Origin: Planctomycetota bacterium | GTDB taxonomy: Bacteria; Planctomycetota; UBA1135; UBA2386 | DNA: 64,000 bases | Assembly (NCBI GenBank): GCA_016872675.1 | Contig: VGZG01000001.1 | Coordinates: 10,770 to 74,769, forward strand | Direction of reading: 5' to 3' | Part shown: piece after piece, positions 18,289 to 27,697 of the stretch | Position numbering within the stretch: position 1 is the first letter of the stretch | How the letters are laid out: each line of letters begins with the position of its first letter | The notes under the pieces: model-generated | Seen by the model: the letters and a program-made list of their open reading frames with translations, nothing else | Databases searched by the model: none | What the model was told of the DNA's origin: nothing | Translations under genes and position numbers: made by a program

Positions 18289-20238
18289 TCAGCCCGACTG
18301 GCTCTCGCGCGCCAGTTCGCGGGCGAGATCGGACGATGGCAGCAGTCGGCGCACGCCGCCGCGCAGCACCGTCAGACCGAGCGCGTCGACATACTCGAGC
18401 AACGGGATCAGGTACTTGCGGCTGGTATCGAGCTTGTCGCGCAGGGCCGGGATGTCGAGGACCTCGGCGTGGGCGAGGCAGTTGTCGCGGATCGCGCGCA
18501 GCACAATGCGCACGACCGACGCCCCGTAGAAGTGGTCGCCGACCTTGTCGATGCGGCCTTCGTCCTGCGCGCGATCGAGCAGCGACAGCAGCGCGTCGCC
18601 CTGCATGCCCACCACCGATTCGAGCTCGGCGAGTTCCGGCGGCCGGAAGCCCCGCAGCTCGCACTCGCCGACCAACTTGTCGAAACGCTGTTGCTGCGGC
18701 GATGGCAACGGCCGCAGCCGGTCGACGAACAGCGCCTGCCCCTGCCGCCCCATGCGCACCCGGCCTTGCGCCTGCAACCGATCGAACACGCAGTCGACGA
18801 GCGGCTGCGGCAACGTCTTGGTCGTGCGGATCGCCGCGCGCTTGACCGACGCCGCCTCGGCGCGCTTCTGCAGCATCTTGTCGACCGACTGCAGCAACTC
18901 CTGCTCGCCGGCGATGACGTGCTCGCCGAGGAAGGCGCGCATCGCCCGCTCGTGCAGCGCCACTACCGGCATGGCGCGCAGCAGCGCGACCGCCTGCTCA
19001 TCGGCGAGTCCGAGCGCGCGCGAGATCTCGTCGACCGGCAGGCCGTCCGGCCCGGCCTGCCGCAGTTCGTGCTCGACGCGCGCCTCGGGTCGGTCGCCGG
19101 CGACCAGGATGCCGACCAGTTCCTCGCCGAGGTCCTTGCGACGGTAGCGGCCGGACCTGGACAGGCGGATCACCTTGCCGCCGCCGATCGTCGCGGCCGG
19201 GTTCTGCAGGCGCAGCAGGAAGCGATCGCCGGCGGCGCAGCAGACGTCCTCGTCGAGTTCGACGCGCGCAACGACCGAATCGCCGGGTCCGGCGTCGTCG
19301 CGGTCGAGCAGCAGCAATTGGCCGCGAACCTCAACGGTGCCGACATGGAAGCGGATCGGCGCTCGGTGGCTCAGGCGCGGCGAACGCCTGGTCAGCGTCA
19401 GATCGACGTCGACGGCGTCGCCGGCGGCGAACGCGCCGGGAGCGCACGCCACCATGCCGCGATGCACGCCGGACTCCTTGGCTTCGGGCACCGACAGCGC
19501 CGTGCTGTGGCCGGCGACCGCCTCGTCGACCTTGCCGCCGTAGGCGTGGATGCCGCGCACCTTGAGGCGCTCGCCGATTGGCAGGACCTCGATCTCGGCG
19601 CCCGGCTGGATCGCGCCGGCGATCGGGATGCCGGTGACGACCGTGCCGATGCCCGCCAGCGAGAACACGCGCTGGATCGGCATGCGGAACGGTCCCTGGC
19701 TCGTCCTCGGCGGCACCGCCAGCGCGAGAGCCTCGAGCCTCTGCTTGAGCTCGGGGATGCCTTCGCCAGTGAGCGAACTGACGCGCACGACCTCGGCATC
19801 GGCGAGCGGCGTGCCGCGCACGAGCTTGCGCGCCTCCTCCGCCGCCATGTCGGCCAGCGCCTTGTCCACCATGTCGACCTTGGTCAGCACGATCAGGCCG
19901 CCGCGAACCTGCAAAAGGTCGAGGATGTCGACGTGTTCGATCGTCTGCGGCATGACGCCGTCGTCGGCGGCGACAACGAGCATGGCGAGGTCGAGGCCAG
20001 TGCAGCCGGCGACCATGTTGCGCACGAAGCGCTCGTGGCCGGGGACGTCGACGAGGCCGAGCCAGCGGCCGTCGGCCAGCCGCATGCGGGCGAAGCCGAG
20101 GTCGATCGTCAACCCGCGCTCCTTCTCCTCCTTGAGGCGGTCCGGATCGATGCCGGTCAACGCCTTCACCAAGCTGCTCTTGCCGTGGTCGATATGGCCG
20201 GCGGTGCCGACGACGATCGGGTGGATGGATCGCGCCAT
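18289..20238 (-). CDS. selB: Selenocysteine-specific translation elongation factor SelB
   Basis: Track ORF 18289..21396 trimmed to [50 protein letters not shown], the SelB-type N-terminus. G3 is DVPGHERF and G4 is LTKVD. The protein is 649 aa with a long C-terminal winged-helix-like extension. Confidence 0.9.
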   Translation of the reverse strand: MARSIHPIVVGTAGHIDHGKSSLVKALTGIDPDRLKEEKERGLTIDLGFARMRLADGRWLGLVDVPGHERFVRNMVAGCTGLDLAMLVVAADDGVMPQTIEHVDILDLLQVRGGLIVLTKVDMVDKALADMAAEEARKLVRGTPLADAEVVRVSSLTGEGIPELKQRLEALALAVPPRTSQGPFRMPIQRVFSLAGIGTVVTGIPIAGAIQPGAEIEVLPIGERLKVRGIHAYGGKVDEAVAGHSTALSVPEAKESGVHRGMVACAPGAFAAGDAVDVDLTLTRRSPRLSHRAPIRFHVGTVEVRGQLLLLDRDDAGPGDSVVARVELDEDVCCAAGDRFLLRLQNPAATIGGGKVIRLSRSGRYRRKDLGEELVGILVAGDRPEARVEHELRQAGPDGLPVDEISRALGLADEQAVALLRAMPVVALHERAMRAFLGEHVIAGEQELLQSVDKMLQKRAEAASVKRAAIRTTKTLPQPLVDCVFDRLQAQGRVRMGRQGQALFVDRLRPLPSPQQQRFDKLVGECELRGFRPPELAELESVVGMQGDALLSLLDRAQDEGRIDKVGDHFYGASVVRIVLRAIRDNCLAHAEVLDIPALRDKLDTSRKYLIPLLEYVDALGLTVLRGGVRRLLPSSDLARELARESQSG

Positions 20239-20279
20239 GGCGGACGGCCGCGCGATGCGGCCCGCAAAGGAGTCGACGG

Positions 20280-20978
20280 CTAGATGTGGAGAATGCGCTG
20301 GCAACTGCCGCAGCGCACGATGGTCGAGCCGCCCATCAGCTTCGACATGTCGTTCATCGTGATCTTGTTGTAGCAGCCCTGGCAGTACGCGGCCTGCACC
20401 GGGGCGACGGCGAGGTTCTGCCGCGTCTTGTACAGGCCATCGTACTCGCGCAGCAGGTCCGGCGGCACGCCGGCGGTCATCGCCTGCCGGCGGCCGCGGG
20501 CCTCGCCGACCGCGCCAGCGCGCGACTTGCGCAGCGCGTCCGCTTCGCCGAGGAACTCGTCGAACACCTTCTTTTCCCCGTCGTACGCGGCCTGCGCTGC
20601 GGCGACCGCCGCCTGGTGAACGTCGAGCGACTCGATGAGCTTGAGGCACTCGTCCTGGGTCACGTCGCGGGCCTTGCGCACCGCCTCGATCTGGAACAAC
20701 GTCGCCTGGTACTCGGCGTTGTTGCGAACGATGTTGAGGCGCTCGTTGAGCCGCTTGATCTCGTCGTCGTTGCCACGGACCGCCTTGTCGAGCGCACGAG
20801 AGTCCAGTTCTGCCTTCTGCTGCAGCAACTTCTTCTCGTTCAGGGCGCGCTCCAGGTCCTCCAGCTTGCGCTTGCGTTTCTGCTCCTCGGCGGGCAACGC
20901 GTCGATGTCGCGCGTCAACGAGGAGATCTCCTGGTCGACCTTCTGCAGCTCCAACAGCTTCTTGACGTGTGGATGCAC
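20280..20978 (-). CDS. Coiled-coil protein with C-terminal C4 zinc ribbon (COG1579/DUF164-like)
   Basis: Track ORF 20280..21131 trimmed to a GTG ([18 protein letters not shown]) with AAGGA about 11 nt upstream. It has a long heptad-like K/E/L-rich region, then CQGCYNKI...CGSCQRIL. Confidence 0.8.
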   Translation of the reverse strand: MHPHVKKLLELQKVDQEISSLTRDIDALPAEEQKRKRKLEDLERALNEKKLLQQKAELDSRALDKAVRGNDDEIKRLNERLNIVRNNAEYQATLFQIEAVRKARDVTQDECLKLIESLDVHQAAVAAAQAAYDGEKKVFDEFLGEADALRKSRAGAVGEARGRRQAMTAGVPPDLLREYDGLYKTRQNLAVAPVQAAYCQGCYNKITMNDMSKLMGGSTIVRCGSCQRILHI

Positions 20979-21049
20979 TCTCGGGGTCCTTGCGAGGTTT
21001 GGCGTCAGCGCGATGTGGGGCGAAGAGTCTAGCTGCCCCCCCGCCGCGC

Positions 21050-21396
21050 TCAAGGACACGACGGCGCGGACTGCCAGCGCATGCGGTGAGCGGCGCCCCG
21101 GCCCACCGGCGCCGACGACTCGCCGTCGCACAGCAATGCGCCGTCCTCGGCGCGCAGCAACGCCTGCAGGGCGAGTTTGGCGCCCGGCGCGACCGGGTGG
21201 GAATCAGCGCACGTCGTCGACCCCGGCGCTGGCCGAAGGCTGCCCATGGCGGCGGCGCCGGCGGCACCACCAAGGCGGCGGCGAGCGCGCCGGGCGCGAC
21301 GCCCGGCGGCACGCGCAGCTCATCCGCCGCCTCGGAGAGACCGCGCTGGTCGCCGGTCGCGCCGAGCAGGCTGGGCGCCAGCTTGCCGACAGCCAA
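21050..21396 (-). pseudogene. Possible frameshifted or decayed small gene (function unknown)
   Basis: A protein-like translation with high GC3 runs in one minus frame from 21396 to about 21250 (LAVGKLAPSLLGATGDQRGLSEAADELRVPPGVAPGALAAALVVPP). It then switches to another minus frame from about 21250 to 21050 (ADSHPVAPGAKLALQALLRAEDGALLCDGESSAPVGRGAAH...SCP-TGA). There is no ATG or SD. See findings. Confidence 0.25.
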
Positions 21397-21439
21397 CTGC
21401 CAGTTTGGTCGAACACCGGCGCAGGGCCGCGCGGCTGAA

Positions 21440-21455
21440 CGCGCCGCACGGCGCG
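21440..21455 (-). terminator. Short GC hairpin right after msrB
   Basis: On the minus strand, CGCGCC-GTGC-GGCGCG is followed by TT, 5 nt after the msrB TAG. Confidence 0.25.
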
Positions 21456-21459
21456 CCGG

Positions 21460-21993
21460 CTACTTGGCCTTGCGCACGATCTTCGCCGGCAGTTCCTTGC
21501 CGGCCGGCACGAAGCGCATCGACACCGAGTTGACGCAGTGGCGCGTGTTCTTCTCGGTCATGCGCTCGCCGTCGAACACGTGGCCGAGGTGGCCATTGCA
21601 GTTGGCACAGACGATCTCCGTGCGCACCATGCCGTGGCTGAAGTCGCGGTTCCGCTTGATCGCGCCAGCGATCTCGTCGTCGAAGCTCGGCCAGCCGCAG
21701 CCGGAATGGAACTTGTCCTGCGAGCGGTAGAGCGCCGCATTGCACTGCCGGCAGACGTACGTGCCGTCGGCGCTGTGGTCGGTGAACTCGCCGGTGAAAG
21801 CGCGCTCCGTGCCCTTCTTGAGTATGACGTCGGACTCGAACGCGTTGAGCGGGTTGTAGTCGGGCATGGCGGCGGAAGCGGTCGGACTGGTCGCGGTCGG
21901 CGAAGCCCCGGTCGGCGGCGCCGGCGCGGGGCCGGCGTCATTGCCGGCGCACGCGCCGAGGGCGAAGAAGAACGACAGAGTGGCGCGGCGCAT
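21460..21993 (-). CDS. msrB: Peptide-methionine (R)-S-oxide reductase MsrB with lipoprotein signal
   Basis: Track ORF 21460..22251 trimmed to [15 protein letters not shown] (lipobox). It has two Zn CxxC pairs (CRQC, CANC), HLGHVF, and the catalytic RHCVNS, which is Cys and not a TGA codon. Confidence 0.9.
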   Translation of the reverse strand: MRRATLSFFFALGACAGNDAGPAPAPPTGASPTATSPTASAAMPDYNPLNAFESDVILKKGTERAFTGEFTDHSADGTYVCRQCNAALYRSQDKFHSGCGWPSFDDEIAGAIKRNRDFSHGMVRTEIVCANCNGHLGHVFDGERMTEKNTRHCVNSVSMRFVPAGKELPAKIVRKAK

Positions 21994-22058
21994 GGCGATG
22001 CCCAGGGTTCGTAGCCCGCCGCCGACTGGATGCCGACGGCTTGGGGACCGCAGCGCGT

Positions 22059-23498
22059 TCACGCCTTCTCCAGACGCGCGCCCTGCGGCGTGTCGACGAT
22101 CTTCCAACCGGCGGCGGCAACGCGCTGGCGGATGGCGTCGGCGGTTGCCCAGTCCTTGGCCTTCTTCGCGGCGTCGCGCTGCGGCAGCAGCGCCACCAAT
22201 TCGGCGGGCGCGTCGGCGCCAGCGTCGGCCTTCGGTTCGGGGCCAAAGCACCCGAGCACGTCTTCGAAGCGCACGAACGCCGCCAGCGCCGCCGCCGCGC
22301 CAGCCGCGGTCGGTTGCGCCTTGTTGGCGACGCCGACGAAATCGAACACCGCCGCCAACGCTTCGCTGACGTTGAGGTCGTCGGCCATCGCCGCAGCGAA
22401 CGCCGCCTGCGCCGTCGCCGTCGCGGTTGCGAGGTCGGCGGCGCCCGCCGGCTCGGCGCCGTCACGGACGCGCGCCAGCCGCTGCCGGCACTGCTGCACG
22501 CGACCGATCGCCGCGCGCGCCTCGTCGAGACCCTTGAGCGTGAAGTTGAGCGACTGCCGGTACTGCACGCGGATCAGCGCGTAGCGCAATTCGAGCCCGG
22601 AGTAGCCCTTCTTCAGCACGTCCTCGACGGTGAAGAAGTTGCCCAGACTCTTGCTCATCTTGGTGCCGTCGACGAGCAGGTGCCGCGCGTGCATCCACAG
22701 GCCGACGAATGGCTCGCCGGTGTGCGCTTCGGTCTGCGCGATCTCGCACTCATGGTGCGGGAACATGTTGTCCTCACCGCCGGTGTGGATGTCGATCTGC
22801 GGGCCGAGGTAGTGCATCGACATCGCCGAGCACTCGATGTGCCAGCCGGGGAAGCCGCGCGCGCCGTCGCGGAACGGCGCGTCCCACTGCATCTGGTGCT
22901 TATGGTCGACCTTCCACAGCGCGAAGTCGCGCGGATCCTTCTTCTCGTCGTTCACGGCGACGCGCGCGCCGGCCTCGAGCTCGTCGAGCACTTTGCCCGA
23001 AAGCTTGCCGTAGCCGGGGAAGCGCGCCACTTCGAAGTAGACGTTGCCGTTGCGCTGGTAGGCGACGCCCTTGTGCAGCAGGTCGTCGATGATCGCCCCC
23101 ATCTGGGCGATGAACTCGGTCGCGCGCGGCATGTGGTGCGGCAGGCGCACGAACAGCTTGCGCTGGCAGTCGTGGAACTCGTCCTCGTAGCGCTTGGCGA
23201 TGTCCCATGCGGTGACGCCGGCCTTGCGCGCCGCGACTTCCATCTTGTCCTCGCCGCCCTCGATGTCGTCGAGCGTGAGGTGACCGACGTCGGTGATGTT
23301 CATCACCTGCGTCACCGTGAAACCCTGGTCCTCGAGGAAGCGCCGCAGCACGTCGGCGAACAGGAAGCTGCGGAAGTTGCCGATGTGTGGCGAGCTGTAG
23401 ACCGTCGGCCCGCAGTGGTACATCGTCACGCGGCCGGGCACGCGCGGCCGGAAGTCAACGAGGCTCTTGCTGAGCGAGTTGTGGAAGCGGATCGGCAT
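22059..23498 (-). CDS. cysS: Cysteine--tRNA ligase
   Basis: Track ORF trimmed to [10 protein letters not shown]. The class I motifs are HIGN (HIGH-type) and KMSKS, plus GWHIECSAM. The protein is 479 aa. Confidence 0.93.
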   Translation of the reverse strand: MPIRFHNSLSKSLVDFRPRVPGRVTMYHCGPTVYSSPHIGNFRSFLFADVLRRFLEDQGFTVTQVMNITDVGHLTLDDIEGGEDKMEVAARKAGVTAWDIAKRYEDEFHDCQRKLFVRLPHHMPRATEFIAQMGAIIDDLLHKGVAYQRNGNVYFEVARFPGYGKLSGKVLDELEAGARVAVNDEKKDPRDFALWKVDHKHQMQWDAPFRDGARGFPGWHIECSAMSMHYLGPQIDIHTGGEDNMFPHHECEIAQTEAHTGEPFVGLWMHARHLLVDGTKMSKSLGNFFTVEDVLKKGYSGLELRYALIRVQYRQSLNFTLKGLDEARAAIGRVQQCRQRLARVRDGAEPAGAADLATATATAQAAFAAAMADDLNVSEALAAVFDFVGVANKAQPTAAGAAAALAAFVRFEDVLGCFGPEPKADAGADAPAELVALLPQRDAAKKAKDWATADAIRQRVAAAGWKIVDTPQGARLEKA

Positions 23499-23578
23499 GC
23501 GGCGAAGCCGTAGCGTCGCAGAGCGGCAGCGACGGCGCAACGCCGCAGCGGCGCGGGCTGCGCGGGTTCAACGGCCCG

Positions 23579-24226
23579 ATGCGCGTGCTGATCAGAATCG
23601 CTACAACACTCGCCGCCACGGACGCCGCCAATCCGAGCCCACCACCCCGCGCCGCCCCCGGCGCCCCGTGGATGCGCGCCCTGGTCGCCAGCCGCTTCGA
23701 GCTGCTGCAGGAACTCGGCTGCGGCAGCTCCGGCACGGTGCTGCGGGCGCGCCTCGTGCAGCCCTACGGCGAACTGGCCGCTGGCGCCGAGGTCGCGATC
23801 AAGTTCCTGCGCAGCGAGCTCGACGACGACGAACGCGCAGGCGAGGCGTTCAAGCGGGCGGTCGCGCTCGCCAAGGCGGGCGACGACCGGCTCGGCGAGC
23901 CGATGGCGCGCGGCTACCTCGTGCGCCTGGGCGCCGACGATCCGTCGCTGCCGGCCTTCGTCGACGAACTAGCGCTGTCTTCGCGGCGCGGCAACCTGCT
24001 GCTCGCGCACGCCGGCCGCGGCACGCTCGACGACGCCGGTCGCGCGGCGCAGCTCGCGCTGCTGGCCGCGACCGACCTGCCGCTGTCGCTGCGCCTACGC
24101 ACGCTGGCCGCGCTCGACCGGCCGGCTTCGGCGCGCGCCTTGGTGCGCACGATCGCCCTCCGCTTCGCCCACCGCGCCGCCCGCCGACGGTTCCTCGGCT
24201 TCTGGCACGACGGGTACCGCGTCTAG
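23579..24226 (+). CDS. Hypothetical protein resembling only the N-lobe of a Ser/Thr protein kinase
   Basis: 215-aa ORF, with an alternative ATG at 23672 (MRALVASRFELLQELGCGSSGTV). It has the glycine loop GCGSSGTV and the VAIKFL lysine. No HRD, DFG or APE motifs follow. Confidence 0.55.
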   Translation: MRVLIRIATTLAATDAANPSPPPRAAPGAPWMRALVASRFELLQELGCGSSGTVLRARLVQPYGELAAGAEVAIKFLRSELDDDERAGEAFKRAVALAKAGDDRLGEPMARGYLVRLGADDPSLPAFVDELALSSRRGNLLLAHAGRGTLDDAGRAAQLALLAATDLPLSLRLRTLAALDRPASARALVRTIALRFAHRAARRRFLGFWHDGYRV

Positions 24227-24393
24227 GCCGCCCGACCAGCGCCGCTGACGCCGTGCGTCCGATGGCATCGCGCCGTCCGCAGTGACCGACAGCCGAACCA
24301 CCCAGGGCGACGAGAATGCGACAGGTCCGCGGGCCGGCGGCGCGCCCGCCGCGCCATCGCACGCATATCCTGCTGGCTCGTCACCGTACCCGC

Positions 24394-27300
24394 ATGCTCC
24401 CATTGCTCGCCGTGTCGACGGTCATCGCCGTCGCGTTCACTCCGCCTGCCGACCAGGAACAGACGCCTCCGACTCCAACGACCACATCGGCAGCGGAACC
24501 GCCGACGCGAGCCGCCGCGGCGACGGCGGCCCAGGAACCTGCGGTTCCATCGACCAGCCCGTTCTCCGAGCAACTGGTCGCCAACCTCGCGTGGCGCCAC
24601 CTCGGCCCCGCCAATCCGATGGGCCGGATGACCGACATCGCCGTGCACCCGGCGCGGCAGAGCACATGGTTCGTCGGCACCGCTGGCGGCGGCCTGTGGA
24701 AGACCGACAACGCCGGCACGACGTGGTCATGCGTCAGCGCGCGCCTTGGCTCAGTGTCGATTGGCGACGTCGCCATCGCGCCGAGCAATCCCGACATCGT
24801 GTGGATCGGCGCCGGCGAAGAGAACGCGCGCAATTCGGTGCAATGGGGCGACGGCGTCTACAAGTCGACCGACGGCGGCGCGTCGTGGACGCACATGGGG
24901 CTGCGCGAGACGTTCCAGATCGGCCACGTCGAGATCCACCCGACCAATCCCGACGTCGTCTACGTCGCCGCGCTCGGCCGGCTCTGGGGCGACAACGCCG
25001 AACGCGGCGTCTACCGCACGAAGGACGGCGGCGCGTCGTGGGAGCGCGTGCTGCACCTCGACGAACGCACCGGCTGCATCGACGTGCGCCTGCACCCGAC
25101 CGATCCGACGACCGTGTTCGCATGCCTGTACGAACGCAAACGCGACGGCTTCGACGGCAACGACCCGAGCGTGCGCTTCGGCAAGAAGAACGGCCTCTAC
25201 AAGAGCGTCGACGGCGGCGACAACTGGCGGCAGCTGACCAACGGCTTGCCGACCAACCTCTGGGGCCGCAGCGGCATCGATCTGCTCGCGTCGCGCCCGG
25301 ACACGATGTTTGCGATCGTCGAGTCCGAGCGCAGCGGCTGGGCCAAGGGCGACCGCAAGGACCTGCTGCCCGGCGAGGGCCAATCCGCGCGCGGCGGCAA
25401 CCGCGGCGGCGAAGCGCGCGCGGCCGGCTCCGATGGCGGCTTACTGCCGCCCAACCCCGCGCTCCAGCAGCAGGAAGAAGGCGAGCAACCGCGCAACGAG
25501 GCCCCCGCCGGCGAGCGGTCGGCCGCGCCGCAAGGCCAGAACCCGGCGGCGGGCGGCCGCGTGCGCCGCGGCGCCGAACTCGGCGTCGGCAGCGACGGCG
25601 GCGACGGCACGGCCGACGCGCCCGGCGCGATCCTGCGCGCGATCACCGACGGCGGCCCGGCGGCGCAAGCCGGCCTGCTCATCGGCGACCGCGTGACCAA
25701 GGTCGGCGACGAAGCGGTGAAGACGTTCGCCGACCTCGCCGAGATCGTGCGCGACGCGACGCCCGGCGCGAAGGCGACGCTGACGTTCGTACGCGACACC
25801 GAGACGAAGACCGCCGAGGTGACCTGGGGCCAGCGCCAGCCAGGCGCCTTCCAGCAGATCGCCGGTCGGCCCAGCGGCCCGTACAGCGGCCGGCTGTTCG
25901 GCCAGGACGCCAACAAACAGAAGGAACAGGGCGAACTTGGCTTCGAGTGCGGCGGCGTCTACCGCAGCGATGACCGCGGCGAGAACTGGCGGCGCGTCAA
26001 CAGCCTGACCGAGCGGCCGTTCTACTACTCGGTGATCCGCGTCGATCCGCGCTCGGACCAGAACGTCTACTGCGTCGGCACGACGCTGTGGGGCACGCGC
26101 GACGGCGGCGAGAAGTTCGCGGCGATCAACCAGGGCATCCACGTCGACTTCCACGGCATTTGGGTCGACCCCGACGACTCCGACCACCTTGTCGCGATCT
26201 GCGACGGCGGCGTCAACGAGACCTTCGACCGTGGCGCCAGCTGGCAGGTGCACCGCGGCTTCAGCGCCGCGCAGTACTACGACGCCGTCGCCGACAACAG
26301 CGTGCCGTACAACGTGATCGGCGGCCTGCAGGACAACGGCACATGGGTGGTGCCCTCGCGCACGCGCTTCCGCGACGGCGTCGGAACAACCGACTGCTTC
26401 ACCATCTACGGCGGCGACGGCTTCGGCGCGCAGACCGACCCGGCCGAGCCGTGGATCGCCTACGCCACCAGCCAGAACGGCGCGCTCGGCGTCGTCGACC
26501 TGCGCAGCGGCGCGCAGACACGCATCAGCCGCGAGCGGCTGGCCGACGGCCAGACCGCTCGCTTCAACTGGGACGCGCCGTTCACGCTGTCGCCGCACAA
26601 CCGGCTGACCCTCTACCACGCTGGCAACTTCGTCTGGCGCGGCGAACGCCACGCCCACCTCGACAACCGCGCGACGCGGCCGGGCCAGGGCCCCGTGCGC
26701 GCTGACGGCCTGCGCATGCGCAAGGTCTCGCCAGCGCTAGGCCGCACGCCGGAGGGCACGGCGGTGGCGCTGGCCGAGAGTCCGCGCGTGCAGGGCCTGC
26801 TGTACGTCGGCACCGACGACGGCGCGCTGTGGCGCACCGACGACGGCGGCGCCAACTGGCAGCGGCTCGAGCAGAACCTGCCGCTGCCGGGGCCGCGCTA
26901 CGTCAGCGACCTCGTGCCATCGTTCTTCGCCGACGACCGCGTCTACCTGACCGTCGACGGCCACCGCTCGGACGACTTCGCCACCTACGTGTTCGTGTCA
27001 AACGACCGCGGCGCTTCGTGGCGCGACCTCGGCATTGAGTTGCCGTCGCGCGAGCCGTGCTACGCGGTCATGGAAGATCCGCGCAACGAGGACCTGCTCT
27101 ACCTCGGCACCGAGTACGGCGCGTACGCGTCGTTCGACCGCGGCGAGCGCTGGTTCCCGCTCGGCGCCGAGCTGCCGACGGTCGCGGTGCGCGACCTGTT
27201 CGTGCAGGACCGCGACAGCGACCTGATCGCGGCGACACACGGCCGCGGCGTCTTCACGCTCGACGTCGAGGCGCTGCGCCAGGTCACCCGCGCCGTCGCG

Positions 27301-27693
27301 CGCAAGCCCGCCCACCTGTTCGCCATTGAGCCGGCGATCCTGTGGCGCATGCAGTCGCGCGGCTGGCAGGGCCAGAAGAACTGGCACGCCAAGAACCCGC
27401 CGTACGGCGCGACCTTCCACGTCTGGCTGGCCGAGGCGCCGAAGGACAAGCCCGTGCTGACCGTGCACGACGTCACCGGCGCCGAGATCGCGCGCGTCGA
27501 GGGCAAAGCCGAGGCCGGTCTGCAGGCGATCCAATGGGACGCCCGCGTCGGTCGCAACCAGCTGGCGACACCGGGAACGTATGCGGTGCGCTGGCAGGGC
27601 ATGAAGGACGTCGACGCCCGCGCCTTCCAGCTGCTGCCCGATCCCGCCACCACCGCCGTCGACGGCGCCGAAGCCGCGAGCGCGAAGGAGTGA
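24394..27693 (+). CDS. Sortilin/VPS10-like BNR (Asp-box) beta-propeller protein with inserted low-complexity + PDZ module
   Basis: Track ORF 24316..27693 trimmed to MLPLLAVSTVIAVAF. It has at least 10 Asp-box motifs (KSTDGGASW, RTKDGGASW, KSVDGGDNW, RSDDRGENW, RTDDGGANW, VSNDRGASW...). The PDZ-like insert is ELGVGS...GPAAQAGLLIGDRVTKVGDEAV...ATLTFVRD (about nt 25564-25830). The C-terminal domain is Ig/FlgD-like. Confidence 0.85.
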   Translation: MLPLLAVSTVIAVAFTPPADQEQTPPTPTTTSAAEPPTRAAAATAAQEPAVPSTSPFSEQLVANLAWRHLGPANPMGRMTDIAVHPARQSTWFVGTAGGGLWKTDNAGTTWSCVSARLGSVSIGDVAIAPSNPDIVWIGAGEENARNSVQWGDGVYKSTDGGASWTHMGLRETFQIGHVEIHPTNPDVVYVAALGRLWGDNAERGVYRTKDGGASWERVLHLDERTGCIDVRLHPTDPTTVFACLYERKRDGFDGNDPSVRFGKKNGLYKSVDGGDNWRQLTNGLPTNLWGRSGIDLLASRPDTMFAIVESERSGWAKGDRKDLLPGEGQSARGGNRGGEARAAGSDGGLLPPNPALQQQEEGEQPRNEAPAGERSAAPQGQNPAAGGRVRRGAELGVGSDGGDGTADAPGAILRAITDGGPAAQAGLLIGDRVTKVGDEAVKTFADLAEIVRDATPGAKATLTFVRDTETKTAEVTWGQRQPGAFQQIAGRPSGPYSGRLFGQDANKQKEQGELGFECGGVYRSDDRGENWRRVNSLTERPFYYSVIRVDPRSDQNVYCVGTTLWGTRDGGEKFAAINQGIHVDFHGIWVDPDDSDHLVAICDGGVNETFDRGASWQVHRGFSAAQYYDAVADNSVPYNVIGGLQDNGTWVVPSRTRFRDGVGTTDCFTIYGGDGFGAQTDPAEPWIAYATSQNGALGVVDLRSGAQTRISRERLADGQTARFNWDAPFTLSPHNRLTLYHAGNFVWRGERHAHLDNRATRPGQGPVRADGLRMRKVSPALGRTPEGTAVALAESPRVQGLLYVGTDDGALWRTDDGGANWQRLEQNLPLPGPRYVSDLVPSFFADDRVYLTVDGHRSDDFATYVFVSNDRGASWRDLGIELPSREPCYAVMEDPRNEDLLYLGTEYGAYASFDRGERWFPLGAELPTVAVRDLFVQDRDSDLIAATHGRGVFTLDVEALRQVTRAVARKPAHLFAIEPAILWRMQSRGWQGQKNWHAKNPPYGATFHVWLAEAPKDKPVLTVHDVTGAEIARVEGKAEAGLQAIQWDARVGRNQLATPGTYAVRWQGMKDVDARAFQLLPDPATTAVDGAEAASAKE

Positions 27694-27697
27694 TGCC

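Noticed and set aside
21460-21993. MsrB as a candidate selenoprotein, given the nearby selB.
   Set aside because: The catalytic position is an ordinary Cys codon within an uninterrupted ORF (RHCVNSVS). There is no in-frame TGA.
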